A stretch of DNA of 64,000 nucleotides from positions 1,962 through 65,961 of the forward strand of contig WGDA01000153.1 in NCBI GenBank assembly GCA_015493505.1, read 5' to 3'. A program made the position numbers and the translations under genes. Positions 59,606 to 64,000 of this stretch are shown here, in pieces. This DNA is from Pseudomonadota bacterium. Lineage in GTDB: Bacteria > Desulfobacterota > S145-22. The notes beneath the pieces are model-generated. The model had not been told where the DNA came from. It did not search any database and worked only from the letters and a program-made list of their open reading frames with translations. How positions within the stretch are numbered: the stretch's first letter is position 1; every line of letters begins with the position of its first letter.

Positions 59606-60616
59606 GTGGTTATTATGGAATCCCCAGGTAAAAACGACACATTTCGTGCCCGAAGATATACGAACAGTATAAAGGCCCTTGCCCCGACGCCCGAGGCACA
59701 AAAAAAGCTTATTCAATCCATCATTGAATTGGGCGAAGAAACCCTTCGTTACGACTTCACAAGAAAAACATCACGAGATTGGGAACGTGAAGAAAACCGC
59801 CGGAACTGGGAGGCGTGGCGGTGTTATATCCAAAAACATCCCGTCTTACCAAAGAAGGATGAAACGGCTTTCATGTTATTTTACGCGGAGATGACGGGGT
59901 TTATCGAGGCCGCCACCTGTTTTGGGGGATTCCTGAAAACGGATGAAGAAAAAACGGTAAAATTGAGAGAGCTTGTCACGTTGTGCGTGGAAAAGCATCG
60001 CCACGGACTTTCGCCCCAGGCCGCCCTTTACAAGTGGATCACCGCCGCCGGCGGGGTCTTTCTTATGACCATGGCGGCGGGATTCCCCCCCAACCCGCCG
60101 ATGATTCCCGTAAGGTTTCACCTCGCGTGGATGTCCGAAAGGCTTCGGCCCGACTCCTGGGGGATTGTTACACGAAACCTAAATGAAGTTGTTCGGGCGT
60201 GGGCGTGTCTCTTGGATGAAACGGAGCGGGAGGCCCTTTTAAGGGATTATCGTGACCGGATAAAAGGCCTTTCCTCTGCCGAATGGGGATATGAGGCCTT
60301 AAAGTTTCTCCTTGTCGAATACCTCGGGCGCGGGCGTATTCGCCTTGTTCAACCTGACGACCCCCTTGAAGAAGAAAAAACCTCATTGCCCCTGGACGCC
60401 ACCCCCGGCCACATCAAGGCCCGCATCAAGGACATCATCCGGAATATCTGCCGCCACGCGCGCCGGGAAACGGAACGAAAGACGGGAACCCCGATGACCG
60501 CCGGAGAAGTGGCGTATCATCTCTCGATCATCCTATCATACTTGAAGATTCAGACCCCGGTAAAAAAAAGGGGATATTCGGTGTATCACCTGAGAAATAT
60601 TTTTAGGGGTCAATAA
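59606..60616 (+). CDS. Hypothetical protein (336 aa), island cargo
   Basis: Long ORF with no recognisable motifs. Located between int and the replication module. Confidence 0.45.
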   Translation: MVIMESPGKNDTFRARRYTNSIKALAPTPEAQKKLIQSIIELGEETLRYDFTRKTSRDWEREENRRNWEAWRCYIQKHPVLPKKDETAFMLFYAEMTGFIEAATCFGGFLKTDEEKTVKLRELVTLCVEKHRHGLSPQAALYKWITAAGGVFLMTMAAGFPPNPPMIPVRFHLAWMSERLRPDSWGIVTRNLNEVVRAWACLLDETEREALLRDYRDRIKGLSSAEWGYEALKFLLVEYLGRGRIRLVQPDDPLEEEKTSLPLDATPGHIKARIKDIIRNICRHARRETERKTGTPMTAGEVAYHLSIILSYLKIQTPVKKRGYSVYHLRNIFRGQ

Positions 60617-60725
60617 CACTCCCAGGGTGGAAAAACGCGCCACGGGCGAAATTTCGAAGCGAGACCCCTATTTTCGGGGAAGGCACGACCCCTTAACCCC
60701 GATGGGTTCCCACCCCTCTTTTTTT

Positions 60726-61031
60726 AAGGGACACCTGGTATTTTTGACATTTGAGGCATAACAGGAAATATTTTTTTTCTTTCTTCCTTATATCCCGCGA
60801 TCATATAAGAAAATGTCAATCAGTTTATCCCGCGTAACTGTGAAAAAAGGGACACCGGGAGGGTAAATGCTCTATTTTCCCTATAGTAAAATACCTAATT
60901 TTTAGATTCCTTAAATATATGTAGAACACTCCCTAAGTGTCCCTTTTCCCTGTTTTGTGGTGTTCGCGAGAACACAACAGAAAATAATCGACGCCCACAA
61001 AGCCCCAGGTGTCCCTCGGGCGTGTCCGCGG
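60726..61031. repeat. Iteron-like array: AAGGGACACC at 60726-60735 (+) and 60847-60856 (+), inverted copies at 60938-60946 and 61008-61016, plus a gtgtccg half-site at 61021
   Basis: The 9-10-bp motif recurs four times in a 2-forward, 2-reverse arrangement within the 670-bp non-coding gap upstream of the primase gene. The outer pair, gggacacctgg and ccaggtgtccc, are perfect 11-bp inverted repeats. Confidence 0.6.
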
Positions 61032-61286
61032 AAAATAAAAGAGCATTTAAGACAAAGAACGAAGAACGCCCCAGAGTAAAAACTTGGGATGCCTTCCGCC
61101 GCGGAGCGGTGAAAATCGCGCCGATCACTTCCCAATTTCAAAAAATTTGAAGCAAAATCCCGCCGAACCTTGCCAAAACCCCGAAAGTCGGCGGGATTAT
61201 TATTTACCATTAGATAATATCAATTTGACAACAAAGGCAATAGTGTTTATAAATAGAGCATGATACACGGTGCGAGGCTGTAAAGG

Positions 61287-62369
61287 ATGGATAAGGCGGA
61301 CATTGAAAGAATCAAGATGGCGGTGGATATCGTGGCGCTTATCAGCGAAAATGTTTCACTTCAAAGAAAGGGAAAATATTTTTTCGGTCTTTGCCCCTTC
61401 CATGAGGAAAAGACCCCGTCTTTCGCTGTCGATCCCGAAAGACGGCGGTTTCGCTGTTACGGGTGCGGTGCCTCCGGGGACGCCCTCGAATATTTAGAAA
61501 AAGCGAAAGGGCTGACCTTTCAAGAGGCCCTCCGGGAGTTGGCCGGCCGCGCGGGGGTCGAGATCAAAATTTCATCTCCCGGCCCCGTCTTTAACCGCCC
61601 CTTGACGGTCCCCGAGAGGCGGAAGGAAGTTTTTAGCCCTCCGGCCATCGAATTCCCAAACAAAATATGGCGCGAACACAGCGTCAAATTTTTGATTGAA
61701 AGCCATTTAGAGCTTATGGAAGACAAGGCGGTCCTTCGTTATCTCGGAGGCCGGGGAATCCCACCGGGAACGGCGGAAATGTTTGGCTTGGGGTGGAATT
61801 CAAAAGATGGTTACCGGGACCGTGGCGCGTGGGGTCTGGATGCCACAAGTGGGAAAAGTCTTTATTTACCCGCTGGAATTACAATTCCATCTTATCGGGA
61901 CAGAATGCTTGTAAGAATCAGGATTCGGCGGCGCGAGGGCGAATCCCGATATTTTATCGTGGCGGGGTCGGCGTCTTGCCCCATGGTTTTTCCCCCCGGG
62001 GAAACCGTGCCCGCTATTTATGTCATCGTCGAAAGCGAGCTTGACGCCATCATGATTGCCGGACTTCAAACACCCGTTGGTGTGGTCGCCACCGGGTCCG
62101 CCTTTGCGAAGCCCGATGAAGCCCTTCACGAAACCCTTTCCAGGGCGAAGCGGCTCCTCATCGCCCTGGACAACGACACCGCCGGGCAAAATGCCGCGCG
62201 ATGGTGGCTTGATATCTATGACCACGCGCGGCGGGTTGCCTTCCCCGATGGCGCGAAAGACCCCGGGGAGCTTTACCAAAAAACCGGAGATATCATGGGA
62301 TGGCTCAATGAAAATTTGCCGGAGCGCCTTCGAAGGCGCGAAAGACGGGAAGGAGGTGAAAAGATATGA
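61287..62369 (+). CDS. DNA primase (CHC2 zinc finger + Toprim)
   Basis: CPFHEEKTPSFAV...CYGCGASGDALEY is a CHC2 zinc finger. The Toprim acidic motif is LIALDNDTAGQNAA. Confidence 0.8.
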   Translation: MDKADIERIKMAVDIVALISENVSLQRKGKYFFGLCPFHEEKTPSFAVDPERRRFRCYGCGASGDALEYLEKAKGLTFQEALRELAGRAGVEIKISSPGPVFNRPLTVPERRKEVFSPPAIEFPNKIWREHSVKFLIESHLELMEDKAVLRYLGGRGIPPGTAEMFGLGWNSKDGYRDRGAWGLDATSGKSLYLPAGITIPSYRDRMLVRIRIRRREGESRYFIVAGSASCPMVFPPGETVPAIYVIVESELDAIMIAGLQTPVGVVATGSAFAKPDEALHETLSRAKRLLIALDNDTAGQNAARWWLDIYDHARRVAFPDGAKDPGELYQKTGDIMGWLNENLPERLRRRERREGGEKI

Positions 62370-62572
62370 CGGAATGGATGAATACCCGTGAAATGGCGGA
62401 ACGGCTTCGCATTTCGGAGAAAACGGCGATCGCGTGGCGGTATCAGCGCCGCGGTCCCCGGTTTTATAAACTCGGTCCGCGGACGGTTCGTTATCGGCGT
62501 GAAGACATCGAGGCCTTCGCCCGGTCGATGCCCGTGGGAACTGTTGACCAACCGCCCGCCGATCCGGAGTGA
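62366..62572 (+). CDS. AlpA/excisionase-like HTH DNA-binding protein
   Basis: 68 aa. NTREMAERLRISEKTAIAWRYQRRGPRFYKLGPRTVRYRREDIEAF matches the phage AlpA/MerR-like HTH pattern. Confidence 0.65.
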   Translation: MTEWMNTREMAERLRISEKTAIAWRYQRRGPRFYKLGPRTVRYRREDIEAFARSMPVGTVDQPPADPE

Positions 62573-62763
62573 GCGCGCCCCTTCCTTTCAGGAAATGAAA
62601 AGCGCGTCCCTGTGCCTCCGGGTCCTTTGGGAGAATGTCAACCGCACGGTGCGCCGAGGTCCGGTTTATCTCCAATTTTGCCAAAATTCGCGGGGTTGGA
62701 AAATCGGAACGGGTGCAACGGATTCGATTGAAATCACAGAATAAAAAATGAAGGGGTGAGAAA

Positions 62764-63096
62764 ATGAAAAGACGTGACGAATTCCAAAACGTTGACCACG
62801 AAAAACTTATGGTTTACGCCCGTCAAGCCCTTCTGGCTTGGCTGGAGGCGTCAAGGGCTCTGATTGAAATTCGGGGGCTTTACGGCCCGTGGTATCGCAC
62901 ACAAAACCCACGCTCGATGGCGGAACTTTCGAAGGAAGAACGGTTGGTTGTCGAGGAACTGGACCGGCTCGAACACGCCCCGTTCGGTGCCTGCGAGGCC
63001 TCATTTGCCCGGGTTTTCAAGATTCTGGGCGATCCCGACAACGAACTGATAAACCCTCTCGGAATTAAGGGAGACGGAAACGATGCGGTCCAATGA
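62764..63096 (+). CDS. Hypothetical protein (110 aa)
   Basis: ORF only. Confidence 0.35.
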   Translation: MKRRDEFQNVDHEKLMVYARQALLAWLEASRALIEIRGLYGPWYRTQNPRSMAELSKEERLVVEELDRLEHAPFGACEASFARVFKILGDPDNELINPLGIKGDGNDAVQ

Positions 63097-63146
63097 TGAG
63101 GAAATCCGTTTCCACATGAAGAAATGTAAAAAGCAGAGGCAGTGTG

Positions 63147-64000
63147 ATGAAAAGCGTTGATTCCCTCGATCCGGCTTTCGTTCAATCGTGTCTTGACCGT
63201 GCGCAACGCGGCGATGGCGAACTGTTCGCCCACCTTTTTCGGGATGAATTCTTTTATGAACCGAACGCCAACGAATGGTATTATTGGACGGGACACACCT
63301 GGGCGATCGATATGGAGAATAAACACCTCGCCGCGGTGGATCGGGTGGCCCAGGCCTATCTCGCCGCCGCGGACCGGTGTTTTCAGGAACGCCGCGCCCT
63401 AACCCAAACACCGGAAGACAAAAGGCGGGATGGGCAATTAAAGAGGCTTCAAGAGGCCTTCCTTAAACGCGGGCGTCAATTACGCACCGCGGACGCCCGG
63501 CGGAAGGCCTTGGAATTTGCTGTTTCCATCGAGAATCCCTTGATCACGACGGCGGACCGTCTCGATCAACATCCCCTTTTGATCGGCACCCCGAACGGCG
63601 TTATCAACCTGGAGCTTGGAGACTTCGAAGAAGGCAAGCCCGGGCAATTCATCACGAAGGCGACGGCGGTGAAATGGGCGGGGTTTAATGCCCCGTGCTC
63701 TACCTGGGAAAGAATCTTGATTGAAATTTTCAACGGAGACACCCAGGTTCCCCGTTATCTTCAGCGGGTCATCGGATATGCCCTCACAGGGAAACCTAAT
63801 CGGGATGTCGTCTTTTTTCTCGTGGGCAGGGGTCGCAACGGGAAATCCCTCATCGCGAAAACCCTTGTTGAAGTCTTGGCCCCTTATGCGGCGACAATTC
63901 AAAGCGAGACCCTTTTGGCCGGGGTTCGGCGTGCCGCCGGCTCCCCTAATCCGGAAATTCTCAGGCTCCGCGGTTTAAGACTCGCCTTTGCCAGTGAAAC
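63147..64000 (+). CDS. P4-family phage/plasmid primase C-terminal domain with SF3 helicase (partial, continues beyond window)
   Basis: Open frame with no stop before the window end. Contains the WYYWTGHTW segment and Walker A VGRGRNGKS. Confidence 0.7.
   Translation, partial: MKSVDSLDPAFVQSCLDRAQRGDGELFAHLFRDEFFYEPNANEWYYWTGHTWAIDMENKHLAAVDRVAQAYLAAADRCFQERRALTQTPEDKRRDGQLKRLQEAFLKRGRQLRTADARRKALEFAVSIENPLITTADRLDQHPLLIGTPNGVINLELGDFEEGKPGQFITKATAVKWAGFNAPCSTWERILIEIFNGDTQVPRYLQRVIGYALTGKPNRDVVFFLVGRGRNGKSLIAKTLVEVLAPYAATIQSETLLAGVRRAAGSPNPEILRLRGLRLAFASE

Larger units (their letters stand above)
57546..64000 (+). mobile_element. Integrative element (P4-like satellite/integrative island) at tRNA-Arg, truncated by window end
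   Basis: An AT-rich junction is followed by a tyrosine integrase, unknown cargo ORFs, an iteron-like array, a CHC2-Toprim primase, an AlpA-like HTH gene, and a P4-family primase C-terminal/SF3 helicase gene. Confidence 0.75.

Overview
The window reads as chromosomal DNA of a GC-rich anaerobe, probably a Syntrophus/Geobacter-like deltaproteobacterium. That guess rests on an Oah/BamA-type ring-cleaving hydrolase gene cluster, a split atpZ-atpI-atpB-atpE operon and an AhbA/B-like gene next to hemL. From left to right:

- 1-6100: a structured intergenic repeat, a consensus sigma70 promoter, and a benzoyl-CoA lower-pathway module (acyl-CoA dehydrogenase, SDR, Zn-ADH Had/BamQ-like, Oah/BamA-like hydrolase), followed by an M24 peptidase gene.
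- 6100-17400: lnt, then a co-directional, translationally coupled block: PAS histidine kinase, receiver-only response regulator, LUD protein, purH, purD, purE, a tsaC-like gene with no canonical start codon, a LeuB-family dehydrogenase, and an MFS transporter.
- 17400-22100 (minus strand): atpE, atpB, atpI, atpZ, hemL, an AsnC/AhbA-like gene and a FAH-family hydrolase.
- 22188-34726: a 12.4-kb defense island bracketed by ~118-bp direct repeats. It carries a type I RM operon (hsdR-hsdS-Schlafen-like COG2865 gene-hsdM) directly followed by a 1381-aa STAND-type NTPase with an N-terminal Mrr-like nuclease domain and a small partner ORF. This is the best candidate for an undescribed antiviral module.
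- 34726-43500: a RelE/RHH toxin-antitoxin pair, ssrA (tmRNA) with smpB overlapping its 5' end by about 28 nt, an MBL hydrolase, hpt, a PLD-like nuclease, an LpoA-like lipoprotein, nfi, truA, tadA and a prenyltransferase-like gene.
- 43500-57400: an inverted second copy of the leftmost repeat, a tRNA-Thr/Tyr/Gly/Thr cluster, tuf, rpmG, tRNA-Trp, secE, nusG, rplK, rplA, rplJ, rplL, rpoB and rpoC.
- 57469-64000: tRNA-Arg(CCG) followed by an AT-rich P4-like integrative element that runs off the window. It has a tyrosine integrase, unknown cargo ORFs, an array of AAGGGACACC iteron-like motifs, a CHC2/Toprim primase, an AlpA-like gene and a P4-type primase/SF3 helicase C-terminal gene.

No rRNA genes or CRISPR arrays were seen. 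Coordinates I derived by hand-counting, rather than taken from the ORF track, may be off by 1-2 nt.
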